Shown here one piece after another: positions 1 through 12,000 of a DNA stretch of 28,384 bases (positions are counted from its first letter, which is position 1; every line of letters starts with the position of its first letter). The translations under genes and the position numbers were made by a program. The stretch is from Macrostomum lignano. Taxonomy: Eukaryota. The DNA lies in NCBI GenBank assembly GCA_002269645.1, contig NIVC01005027.1, positions 1 to 28,384 on the forward strand. The letters run 5' to 3'. The notes below the pieces were generated by a model that saw only the letters and a program-made list of their open reading frames with translations, was not told the DNA's origin and did not search any database.

Positions 1-3000
1 TGTTTGTGGCCGACGAGGACAAGCAGAGAAGTACGTGCAAGTGAACAGGGAGACGCCGAAGGAGCCTAAGAAGGCGCTGAGCCCAAGCCAACTAGAGAAT
101 GTGGAATTCCCCGAGCTGCCGAAGCTGCCCAAGTTTGTGCGCGTCGTGCTGAAGACGCTGCCAGGCAAGGCGACTAGCGTCAGAGCCGAGTTGAAGGCTT
201 GCCACAAGCCGAAGACTACCGTTAGGACGACACAACAGACGACGACCACGACGGGACGCACAACACCGAGCACGACAAGCAGGAAGCCGGGATCGCCAGC
301 CGCCGAGAAGCTCACCTTCCCGATGCCGTCGATGCCAGGAGCGACAGGAAAGACAACGACAACGCCGGCGCCTACTACAACAACAAGACGCCCGTGTGCC
401 TGCGCAAGAGCGTGAAACTGTTTGAGAGCGGCGAGCTCTGCCAGCGACGCGCTGACCAAGGCGGAGAAGCTCCCAGAGAAGAAGGAGTTCACACCCAAGG
501 AGCGAAAGGAGGCCCTGCTGCCTAGCGTAGTGGACTGCCAGTGAAGCGAGGCGGTTCCACCCAGCTCACCTTCCAGGTGGACCGTCTGCCAAAGACTGCC
601 AGCCTGATGAAGGTGGTGCTCAAGAGCAGCACGCCGGACAGTGTTCGCGAGGTGACCGTGTTTGTGGCCGACGAGGACAAGCCAGAGAAGTACGTGCAAG
701 TGAACAGGGAGACGCCGAAGGAGCCTAAGAAGGCGCTGAGCCCAAGCCAACTAGAGAATGTGGAATTCCCGAGCTGCCGAAGCTGCCCAAGTTTGTGCGC
801 GTCGTGCTGAAGACGCTGCCAGGCAAGGCGACTAGCGTCAGAGCCGAGTTGAAGGCTTGCCACAAGCCGAAGACTACCGTTAGGACGACACAACAGACGA
901 CGACCACGACGGGACGCACAACACCGAGCACGACAAGCAGGAAGCCGGGATCGCCAGCCGCCGAGAAGCTCACCTTCCCGATGCCGTCGATGCCAGGAGC
1001 GACAGGAAAGACAACGACAACGCCGGCGCCTACTACAACAACAAGACGCCCGGCCGTGTGCCTGCGCAAGAGCGTGAAACTGTTTGAGAGCGGCGAGCTG
1101 CCCAGCGACGCGCTGACCAAGGCGGAGAAGCTCCCAGAGAAGAAGGAGTTCACACCCAAGGAGCGAAAGGAGGCCCTGCTGCCTAGCGGTAGTGGACTGC
1201 CAGTGAAGCGAGGCGGTTCCACCCAGCTCACCTTCCAGGTGGACCGTCTGCCAAAGACTGCCAGCCTGATGAAGGTGGTGCTCAAGAGCAGCACGCCGGA
1301 CAGTGTTCGCGAGGTGACCGTGTTTGTGGCCGACGAGGACAAGCCAGAGAAGTACGTGCAAGTGAACAGGGAGACGCCGAAGGAGCCTAAGAAGGCGCTG
1401 AGCCCAAGCCAACTAGAGAATGTGGAATTCCCCGAGCTGCCGAAGCTGCCCAAGTTTGTGCGCGTCGTGCTGAAGACGCTGCCAGGCAAGGCGACTAGCG
1501 TCAGAGCCGAGTTGAAGGCTTGCCACAAGCCGAAGACTACCGTTAGGACGACACAACAGACGACGACCACGACGGGACGCACAACACCGAGCACGACAAG
1601 CAGGAAGCCGGGATCGCCAGCCGCCGAGAAGCTCACCTTCCCGATGCCGTCGATGCCAGGAGCGACAGGAAAGACAACGACAACGCCGGCGCCTACTACA
1701 ACAACAAGACGCCCGGCCGTGTGCCTGCGCAAGAGCGTGAAACTGTTTGAGAGCGGCGAGCTGCCCAGCGACGCGCTGACCAAGGCGGAGAAGCTCCCAG
1801 AGAAGAAGGAGTTCACACCCAAGGAGCGAAAGGAGGCCCTGCTGCCTAGCGGTAGTGGACTGCCAGTGAAGCGAGGCGGTTCCACCCAGCTCACCTTCCA
1901 GGTGGACCGTCTGCCAAAGACTGCCAGCCTGATGAAGGTGGTGCTCAAGAGCAGCACGCCGGACAGTGTTCGCGAGGTGACCGTGTTTGTGGCCGACGAG
2001 GACAAGCCAGAGAAGTACGTGCAAGTGAACAGGGAGACGCCGAAGGAGCCTAAGAAGGCGCTGAGCCCAAGCCAACTAGAGAATGTGGAATTCCCCGAGC
2101 TGCCGAAGCTGCCCAAGTTTGTGCGCGTCGTGCTGAAGACGCTGCCAGGCAAGGCGACTAGCGTCAGAGCCGAGTTGAAGGCTTGCCACAAGCCGAAGAC
2201 TACCGTTAGGACGACACAACAGACGACGACCACGACGGGACGCACAACACCGAGCACGACAAGCAGGAAGCCGGGATCGCCAGCCGCCGAGAAGCTCACC
2301 TTCCCGATGCCGTCGATGCCAGGAGCGACAGGAAAGACAACGACAACGCCGGCGCCTACTACAACAACAAGACGCCCGGCCGTGTGCCTGCGCAAGAGCG
2401 TGAAACTGTTTGAGAGCGGCGAGCTGCCCAGCGACGCGCTGACCAAGGCGGAGAAGCTCCCAGAGAAGAAGGAGTTCACACCCAAGGAGCGAAAGGAGGC
2501 CCTGCTGCCTAGCGGTAGTGGACTGCCAGTGAAGCGAGGCGGTTCCACCCAGCTCACCTTCCAGGTGGACCGTCTGCCAAAGACTGCCAGCCTGATGAAG
2601 GTGGTGCTCAAGAGCAGCACGCCGGACAGTGTTCGCGAGGTGACCGTGTTTGTGGCCGACGAGGACAAGCCAGAGAAGTACGTGCAAGTGAACAGGGAGA
2701 CGCCGAAGGAGCCTAAGAAGGCGCTGAGCCCAAGCCAACTAGAGAATGTGGAATTCCCCGAGCTGCCGAAGCTGCCCAAGTTTGTGCGCGTCGTGCTGAA
2801 GACGCTGCCAGGCAAGGCGACTAGCGTCAGAGCCGAGTTGAAGGCTTGCCACAAGCCGAAGACTACCGTTAGGACGACACAACAGACGACGACCACGACG
2901 GGACGCACAACACCGAGCACGACAAGCAGGAAGCCGGGATCGCCAGCCGCCGAGAAGCTCACCTTCCCGATGCCGTCGATGCCAGGAGCGACAGGAAAGA

Positions 3001-6000
3001 CAACGACAACGCCGGCGCCTACTACAACAACAAGACGCCCGGCCGTGTGCCTGCGCAAGAGCGTGAAACTGTTTGAGAGCGGCGAGCTGCCCAGCGACGC
3101 GCTGACCAAGGCGGAGAAGCTCCCAGAGAAGAAGGAGTTCACACCCAAGGAGCGAAAGGAGGCCCTGCTGCCTAGCGGTAGTGGACTGCCAGTGAAGCGA
3201 GGCGGTTCCACCCAGCTCACCTTCCAGGTGGACCGTCTGCCAAAGACTGCCAGCCTGATGAAGGTGGTGCTCAAGAGCAGCACGCCGGACAGTGTTCGCG
3301 AGGTGACCGTGTTTGTGGCCGACGAGGACAAGCCAGAGAAGTACGTGCAAGTGAACAGGGAGACGCCGAAGGAGCCTAAGAAGGCGCTGAGCCCAAGCCA
3401 ACTAGAGAATGTGGAATTCCCCGAGCTGCCGAAGCTGCCCAAGTTTGTGCGCGTCGTGCTGAAGACGCTGCCAGGCAAGGCGACTAGCGTCAGAGCCGAG
3501 TTGAAGGCTTGCCACAAGCCGAAGACTACCGTTAGGACGACACAACAGACGACGACCACGACGGGACGCACAACACCGAGCACGACAAGCAGGAAGCCGG
3601 GATCGCCAGCCGCCGAGAAGCTCACCTTCCCGATGCCGTCGATGCCAGGAGCGACAGGAAAGACAACGACAACGCCGGCGCCTACTACAACAACAAGACG
3701 CCCGGCCGTGTGCCTGCGCAAGAGCGTGAAACTGTTTGAGAGCGGCGAGCTGCCCAGCGACGCGCTGACCAAGGCGGAGAAGCTCCCAGAGAAGAAGGAG
3801 TTCACACCCAAGGAGCGAAAGGAGGCCCTGCTGCCTAGCGGTAGTGGACTGCCAGTGAAGCGAGGCGGTTCCACCCAGCTCACCTTCCAGGTGGACCGTC
3901 TGCCAAAGACTGCCAGCCTGATGAAGGTGGTGCTCAAGAGCAGCACGCCGGACAGTGTTCGCGAGGTGACCGTGTTTGTGGCCGACGAGGACAAGCCAGA
4001 GAAGTACGTGCAAGTGAACAGGGAGACGCCGAAGGAGCCTAAGAAGGCGCTGAGCCCAAGCCAACTAGAGAATGTGGAATTCCCCGAGCTGCCGAAGCTG
4101 CCCAAGTTTGTGCGCGTCGTGCTGAAGACGCTGCCAGGCAAGGCGACTAGCGTCAGAGCCGAGTTGAAGGCTTGCCACAAGCCGAAGACTACCGTTAGGA
4201 CGACACAACAGACGACGACCACGACGGGACGCACAACACCGAGCACGACAAGCAGGAAGCCGGGATCGCCAGCCGCCGAGAAGCTCACCTTCCCGATGCC
4301 GTCGATGCCAGGAGCGACAGGAAAGACAACGACAACGCCGGCGCCTACTACAACAACAAGACGCCCGGCCGTGTGCCTGCGCAAGAGCGTGAAACTGTTT
4401 GAGAGCGGCGAGCTGCCCAGCGACGCGCTGACCAAGGCGGAGAAGCTCCCAGAGAAGAAGGAGTTCACACCCAAGGAGCGAAAGGAGGCCCTGCTGCCTA
4501 GCGGTAGTGGACTGCCAGTGAAGCGAGGCGGTTCCACCCAGCTCACCTTCCAGGTGGACCGTCTGCCAAAGACTGCCAGCCTGATGAAGGTGGTGCTCAA
4601 GAGCAGCACGCCGGACAGTGTTCGCGAGGTGACCGTGTTTGTGGCCGACGAGGACAAGCCAGAGAAGTACGTGCAAGTGAACAGGGAGACGCCGAAGGAG
4701 CCTAAGAAGGCGCTGAGCCCAAGCCAACTAGAGAATGTGGAATTCCCCGAGCTGCCGAAGCTGCCCAAGTTTGTGCGCGTCGTGCTGAAGACGCTGCCAG
4801 GCAAGGCGACTAGCGTCAGAGCCGAGTTGAAGGCTTGCCACAAGCCGAAGACTACCGTTAGGACGACACAACAGACGACGACCACGACGGGACGCACAAC
4901 ACCGAGCACGACAAGCAGGAAGCCGGGATCGCCAGCCGCCGAGAAGCTCACCTTCCCGATGCCGTCGATGCCAGGAGCGACAGGAAAGACAACGACAACG
5001 CCGGCGCCTACTACAACAACAAGACGCCCGGCCGTGTGCCTGCGCAAGAGCGTGAAACTGTTTGAGAGCGGCGAGCTGCCCAGCGACGCGCTGACCAAGG
5101 CGGAGAAGCTCCCAGAGAAGAAGGAGTTCACACCCAAGGAGCGAAAGGAGGCCCTGCTGCCTAGCGGTAGTGGACTGCCAGTGAAGCGAGGCGGTTCCAC
5201 CCAGCTCACCTTCCAGGTGGACCGTCTGCCAAAGACTGCCAGCCTGATGAAGGTGGTGCTCAAGAGCAGCACGCCGGACAGTGTTCGCGAGGTGACCGTG
5301 TTTGTGGCCGACGAGGACAAGCCAGAGAAGTACGTGCAAGTGAACAGGGAGACGCCGAAGGAGCCTAAGAAGGCGCTGAGCCCAAGCCAACTAGAGAATG
5401 TGGAATTCCCCGAGCTGCCGAAGCTGCCCAAGTTTGTGCGCGTCGTGCTGAAGACGCTGCCAGGCAAGGCGACTAGCGTCAGAGCCGAGTTGAAGGCTTG
5501 CCACAAGCCGAAGACTACCGTTAGGACGACACAACAGACGACGACCACGACGGGACGCACAACACCGAGCACGACAAGCAGGAAGCCGGGATCGCCAGCC
5601 GCCGAGAAGCTCACCTTCCCGATGCCGTCGATGCCAGGAGCGACAGGAAAGACAACGACAACGCCGGCGCCTACTACAACAACAAGACGCCCGGCCGTGT
5701 GCCTGCGCAAGAGCGTGAAACTGTTTGAGAGCGGCGAGCTGCCCAGCGACGCGCTGACCAAGGCGGAGAAGCTCCCAGAGAAGAAGGAGTTCACACCCAA
5801 GGAGCGAAAGGAGGCCCTGCTGCCTAGCGGTAGTGGACTGCCAGTGAAGCGAGGCGGTTCCACCCAGCTCACCTTCCAGGTGGACCGTCTGCCAAAGACT
5901 GCCAGCCTGATGAAGGTGGTGCTCAAGAGCAGCACGCCGGACAGTGTTCGCGAGGTGACCGTGTTTGTGGCCGACGAGGACAAGCCAGAGAAGTACGTGC

Positions 6001-9000
6001 AAGTGAACAGGGAGACGCCGAAGGAGCCTAAGAAGGCGCTGAGCCCAAGCCAACTAGAGAATGTGGAATTCCCCGAGCTGCCGAAGCTGCCCAAGTTTGT
6101 GCGCGTCGTGCTGAAGACGCTGCCAGGCAAGGCGACTAGCGTCAGAGCCGAGTTGAAGGCTTGCCACAAGCCGAAGACTACCGTTAGGACGACACAACAG
6201 ACGACGACCACGACGGGACGCACAACACCGAGCACGACAAGCAGGAAGCCGGGATCGCCAGCCGCCGAGAAGCTCACCTTCCCGATGCCGTCGATGCCAG
6301 GAGCGACAGGAAAGACAACGACAACGCCGGCGCCTACTACAACAACAAGACGCCCGGCCGTGTGCCTGCGCAAGAGCGTGAAACTGTTTGAGAGCGGCGA
6401 GCTGCCCAGCGACGCGCTGACCAAGGCGGAGAAGCTCCCAGAGAAGAAGGAGTTCACACCCAAGGAGCGAAAGGAGGCCCTGCTGCCTAGCGGTAGTGGA
6501 CTGCCAGTGAAGCGAGGCGGTTCCACCCAGCTCACCTTCCAGGTGGACCGTCTGCCAAAGACTGCCAGCCTGATGAAGGTGGTGCTCAAGAGCAGCACGC
6601 CGGACAGTGTTCGCGAGGTGACCGTGTTTGTGGCCGACGAGGACAAGCCAGAGAAGTACGTGCAAGTGAACAGGGAGACGCCGAAGGAGCCTAAGAAGGC
6701 GCTGAGCCCAAGCCAACTAGAGAATGTGGAATTCCCCGAGCTGCCGAAGCTGCCCAAGTTTGTGCGCGTCGTGCTGAAGACGCTGCCAGGCAAGGCGACT
6801 AGCGTCAGAGCCGAGTTGAAGGCTTGCCACAAGCCGAAGACTACCGTTAGGACGACACAACAGACGACGACCACGACGGGACGCACAACACCGAGCACGA
6901 CAAGCAGGAAGCCGGGATCGCCAGCCGCCGAGAAGCTCACCTTCCCGATGCCGTCGATGCCAGGAGCGACAGGAAAGACAACGACAACGCCGGCGCCTAC
7001 TACAACAACAAGACGCCCGGCCGTGTGCCTGCGCAAGAGCGTGAAACTGTTTGAGAGCGGCGAGCTGCCCAGCGACGCGCTGACCAAGGCGGAGAAGCTC
7101 CCAGAGAAGAAGGAGTTCACACCCAAGGAGCGAAAGGAGGCCCTGCTGCCTAGCGGTAGTGGACTGCCAGTGAAGCGAGGCGGTTCCACCCAGCTCACCT
7201 TCCAGGTGGACCGTCTGCCAAAGACTGCCAGCCTGATGAAGGTGGTGCTCAAGAGCAGCACGCCGGACAGTGTTCGCGAGGTGACCGTGTTTGTGGCCGA
7301 CGAGGACAAGCCAGAGAAGTACGTGCAAGTGAACAGGGAGACGCCGAAGGAGCCTAAGAAGGCGCTGAGCCCAAGCCAACTAGAGAATGTGGAATTCCCC
7401 GAGCTGCCGAAGCTGCCCAAGTTTGTGCGCGTCGTGCTGAAGACGCTGCCAGGCAAGGCGACTAGCGTCAGAGCCGAGTTGAAGGCTTGCCACAAGCCGA
7501 AGACTACCGTTAGGACGACACAACAGACGACGACCACGACGGGACGCACAACACCGAGCACGACAAGCAGGAAGCCGGGATCGCCAGCCGCCGAGAAGCT
7601 CACCTTCCCGATGCCGTCGATGCCAGGAGCGACAGGAAAGACAACGACAACGCCGGCGCCTACTACAACAACAAGACGCCCGGCCGTGTGCCTGCGCAAG
7701 AGCGTGAAACTGTTTGAGAGCGGCGAGCTGCCCAGCGACGCGCTGACCAAGGCGGAGAAGCTCCCAGAGAAGAAGGAGTTCACACCCAAGGAGCGAAAGG
7801 AGGCCCTGCTGCCTAGCGGTAGTGGACTGCCAGTGAAGCGAGGCGGTTCCACCCAGCTCACCTTCCAGGTGGACCGTCTGCCAAAGACTGCCAGCCTGAT
7901 GAAGGTGGTGCTCAAGAGCAGCACGCCGGACAGTGTTCGCGAGGTGACCGTGTTTGTGGCCGACGAGGACAAGCCAGAGAAGTACGTGCAAGTGAACAGG
8001 GAGACGCCGAAGGAGCCTAAGAAGGCGCTGAGCCCAAGCCAACTAGAGAATGTGGAATTCCCCGAGCTGCCGAAGCTGCCCAAGTTTGTGCGCGTCGTGC
8101 TGAAGACGCTGCCAGGCAAGGCGACTAGCGTCAGAGCCGAGTTGAAGGCTTGCCACAAGCCGAAGACTACCGTTAGGACGACACAACAGACGACGACCAC
8201 GACGGGACGCACAACACCGAGCACGACAAGCAGGAAGCCGGGATCGCCAGCCGCCGAGAAGCTCACCTTCCCGATGCCGTCGATGCCAGGAGCGACAGGA
8301 AAGACAACGACAACGCCGGCGCCTACTACAACAACAAGACGCCCGGCCGTGTGCCTGCGCAAGAGCGTGAAACTGTTTGAGAGCGGCGAGCTGCCCAGCG
8401 ACGCGCTGACCAAGGCGGAGAAGCTCCCAGAGAAGAAGGAGTTCACACCCAAGGAGCGAAAGGAGGCCCTGCTGCCTAGCGGTAGTGGACTGCCAGTGAA
8501 GCGAGGCGGTTCCACCCAGCTCACCTTCCAGGTGGACCGTCTGCCAAAGACTGCCAGCCTGATGAAGGTGGTGCTCAAGAGCAGCACGCCGGACAGTGTT
8601 CGCGAGGTGACCGTGTTTGTGGCCGACGAGGACAAGCCAGAGAAGTACGTGCAAGTGAACAGGGAGACGCCGAAGGAGCCTAAGAAGGCGCTGAGCCCAA
8701 GCCAACTAGAGAATGTGGAATTCCCCGAGCTGCCGAAGCTGCCCAAGTTTGTGCGCGTCGTGCTGAAGACGCTGCCAGGCAAGGCGACTAGCGTCAGAGC
8801 CGAGTTGAAGGCTTGCCACAAGCCGAAGACTACCGTTAGGACGACACAACAGACGACGACCACGACGGGACGCACAACACCGAGCACGACAAGCAGGAAG
8901 CCGGGATCGCCAGCCGCCGAGAAGCTCACCTTCCCGATGCCGTCGATGCCAGGAGCGACAGGAAAGACAACGACAACGCCGGCGCCTACTACAACAACAA

Positions 9001-12000
9001 GACGCCCGGCCGTGTGCCTGCGCAAGAGCGTGAAACTGTTTGAGAGCGGCGAGCTGCCCAGCGACGCGCTGACCAAGGCGGAGAAGCTCCCAGAGAAGAA
9101 GGAGTTCACACCCAAGGAGCGAAAGGAGGCCCTGCTGCCTAGCGGTAGTGGACTGCCAGTGAAGCGAGGCGGTTCCACCCAGCTCACCTTCCAGGTGGAC
9201 CGTCTGCCAAAGACTGCCAGCCTGATGAAGGTGGTGCTCAAGAGCAGCACGCCGGACAGTGTTCGCGAGGTGACCGTGTTTGTGGCCGACGAGGACAAGC
9301 CAGAGAAGTACGTGCAAGTGAACAGGGAGACGCCGAAGGAGCCTAAGAAGGCGCTGAGCCCAAGCCAACTAGAGAATGTGGAATTCCCCGAGCTGCCGAA
9401 GCTGCCCAAGTTTGTGCGCGTCGTGCTGAAGACGCTGCCAGGCAAGGCGACTAGCGTCAGAGCCGAGTTGAAGGCTTGCCACAAGCCGAAGACTACCGTT
9501 AGGACGACACAACAGACGACGACCACGACGGGACGCACAACACCGAGCACGACAAGCAGGAAGCCGGGATCGCCAGCCGCCGAGAAGCTCACCTTCCCGA
9601 TGCCGTCGATGCCAGGAGCGACAGGAAAGACAACGACAACGCCGGCGCCTACTACAACAACAAGACGCCCGGCCGTGTGCCTGCGCAAGAGCGTGAAACT
9701 GTTTGAGAGCGGCGAGCTGCCCAGCGACGCGCTGACCAAGGCGGAGAAGCTCCCAGAGAAGAAGGAGTTCACACCCAAGGAGCGAAAGGAGGCCCTGCTG
9801 CCTAGCGGTAGTGGACTGCCAGTGAAGCGAGGCGGTTCCACCCAGCTCACCTTCCAGGTGGACCGTCTGCCAAAGACTGCCAGCCTGATGAAGGTGGTGC
9901 TCAAGAGCAGCACGCCGGACAGTGTTCGCGAGGTGACCGTGTTTGTGGCCGACGAGGACAAGCCAGAGAAGTACGTGCAAGTGAACAGGGAGACGCCGAA
10001 GGAGCCTAAGAAGGCGCTGAGCCCAAGCCAACTAGAGAATGTGGAATTCCCCGAGCTGCCGAAGCTGCCCAAGTTTGTGCGCGTCGTGCTGAAGACGCTG
10101 CCAGGCAAGGCGACTAGCGTCAGAGCCGAGTTGAAGGCTTGCCACAAGCCGAAGACTACCGTTAGGACGACACAACAGACGACGACCACGACGGGACGCA
10201 CAACACCGAGCACGACAAGCAGGAAGCCGGGATCGCCAGCCGCCGAGAAGCTCACCTTCCCGATGCCGTCGATGCCAGGAGCGACAGGAAAGACAACGAC
10301 AACGCCGGCGCCTACTACAACAACAAGACGCCCGGCCGTGTGCCTGCGCAAGAGCGTGAAACTGTTTGAGAGCGGCGAGCTGCCCAGCGACGCGCTGACC
10401 AAGGCGGAGAAGCTCCCAGAGAAGAAGGAGTTCACACCCAAGGAGCGAAAGGAGGCCCTGCTGCCTAGCGGTAGTGGACTGCCAGTGAAGCGAGGCGGTT
10501 CCACCCAGCTCACCTTCCAGGTGGACCGTCTGCCAAAGACTGCCAGCCTGATGAAGGTGGTGCTCAAGAGCAGCACGCCGGACAGTGTTCGCGAGGTGAC
10601 CGTGTTTGTGGCCGACGAGGACAAGCCAGAGAAGTACGTGCAAGTGAACAGGGAGACGCCGAAGGAGCCTAAGAAGGCGCTGAGCCCAAGCCAACTAGAG
10701 AATGTGGAATTCCCGAGCTGCCGAAGCTGCCCAAGTTTGTGCGCGTCGTGCTGAAGACGCTGCCAGGCAAGGCGACTAGCGTCAGAGCCGAGTTGAAGGC
10801 TTGCCACAAGCCGAAGACTACCGTTAGGACGACACAACAGACGACGACCACGACGGGACGCACAACACCGAGCACGACAAGCAGGAAGCCGGGATCGCCA
10901 GCCGCCGAGAAGCTCACCTTCCCGATGCCGTCGATGCCAGGAGCGACAGGAAAGACAACGACAACGCCGGCGCCTACTACAACAACAAGACGCCCGGCCG
11001 TGTGCCTGCGCAAGAGCGTGAAACTGTTTGAGAGCGGCGAGCTGCCCAGCGACGCGCTGACCAAGGCGGAGAAGCTCCCAGAGAAGAAGGAGTTCACACC
11101 CAAGGAGCGAAAGGAGGCCCTGCTGCCTAGCGGTAGTGGACTGCCAGTGAAGCGAGGCGGTTCCACCCAGCTCACCTTCCAGGTGGACCGTCTGCCAAAG
11201 ACTGCCAGCCTGATGAAGGTGGTGCTCAAGAGCAGCACGCCGGACAGTGTTCGCGAGGTGACCGTGTTTGTGGCCGACGAGGACAAGCCAGAGAAGTACG
11301 TGCAAGTGAACAGGGAGACGCCGAAGGAGCCTAAGAAGGCGCTGAGCCCAAGCCAACTAGAGAATGTGGAATTCCCCGAGCTGCCGAAGCTGCCCAAGTT
11401 TGTGCGCGTCGTGCTGAAGACGCTGCCAGGCAAGGCGACTAGCGTCAGAGCCGAGTTGAAGGCTTGCCACAAGCCGAAGACTACCGTTAGGACGACACAA
11501 CAGACGACGACCACGACGGGACGCACAACACCGAGCACGACAAGCAGGAAGCCGGGATCGCCAGCCGCCGAGAAGCTCACCTTCCCGATGCCGTCGATGC
11601 CAGGAGCGACAGGAAAGACAACGACAACGCCGGCGCCTACTACAACAACAAGACGCCCGGCCGTGTGCCTGCGCAAGAGCGTGAAACTGTTTGAGAGCGG
11701 CGAGCTGCCCAGCGACGCGCTGACCAAGGCGGAGAAGCTCCCAGAGAAGAAGGAGTTCACACCCAAGGAGCGAAAGGAGGCCCTGCTGCCTAGCGGTAGT
11801 GGACTGCCAGTGAAGCGAGGCGGTTCCACCCAGCTCACCTTCCAGGTGGACCGTCTGCCAAAGACTGCCAGCCTGATGAAGGTGGTGCTCAAGAGCAGCA
11901 CGCCGGACAGTGTTCGCGAGGTGACCGTGTTTGTGGCCGACGAGGACAAGCCAGAGAAGTACGTGCAAGTGAACAGGGAGACGCCGAAGGAGCCTAAGAA

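Noticed and set aside
10700-10760. Programmed ribosomal frameshift joining the two long ORFs
   Set aside because: No X_XXY_YYZ slippery heptamer or distinct stimulatory structure; the site is just a unit lacking one C of a C4 run.
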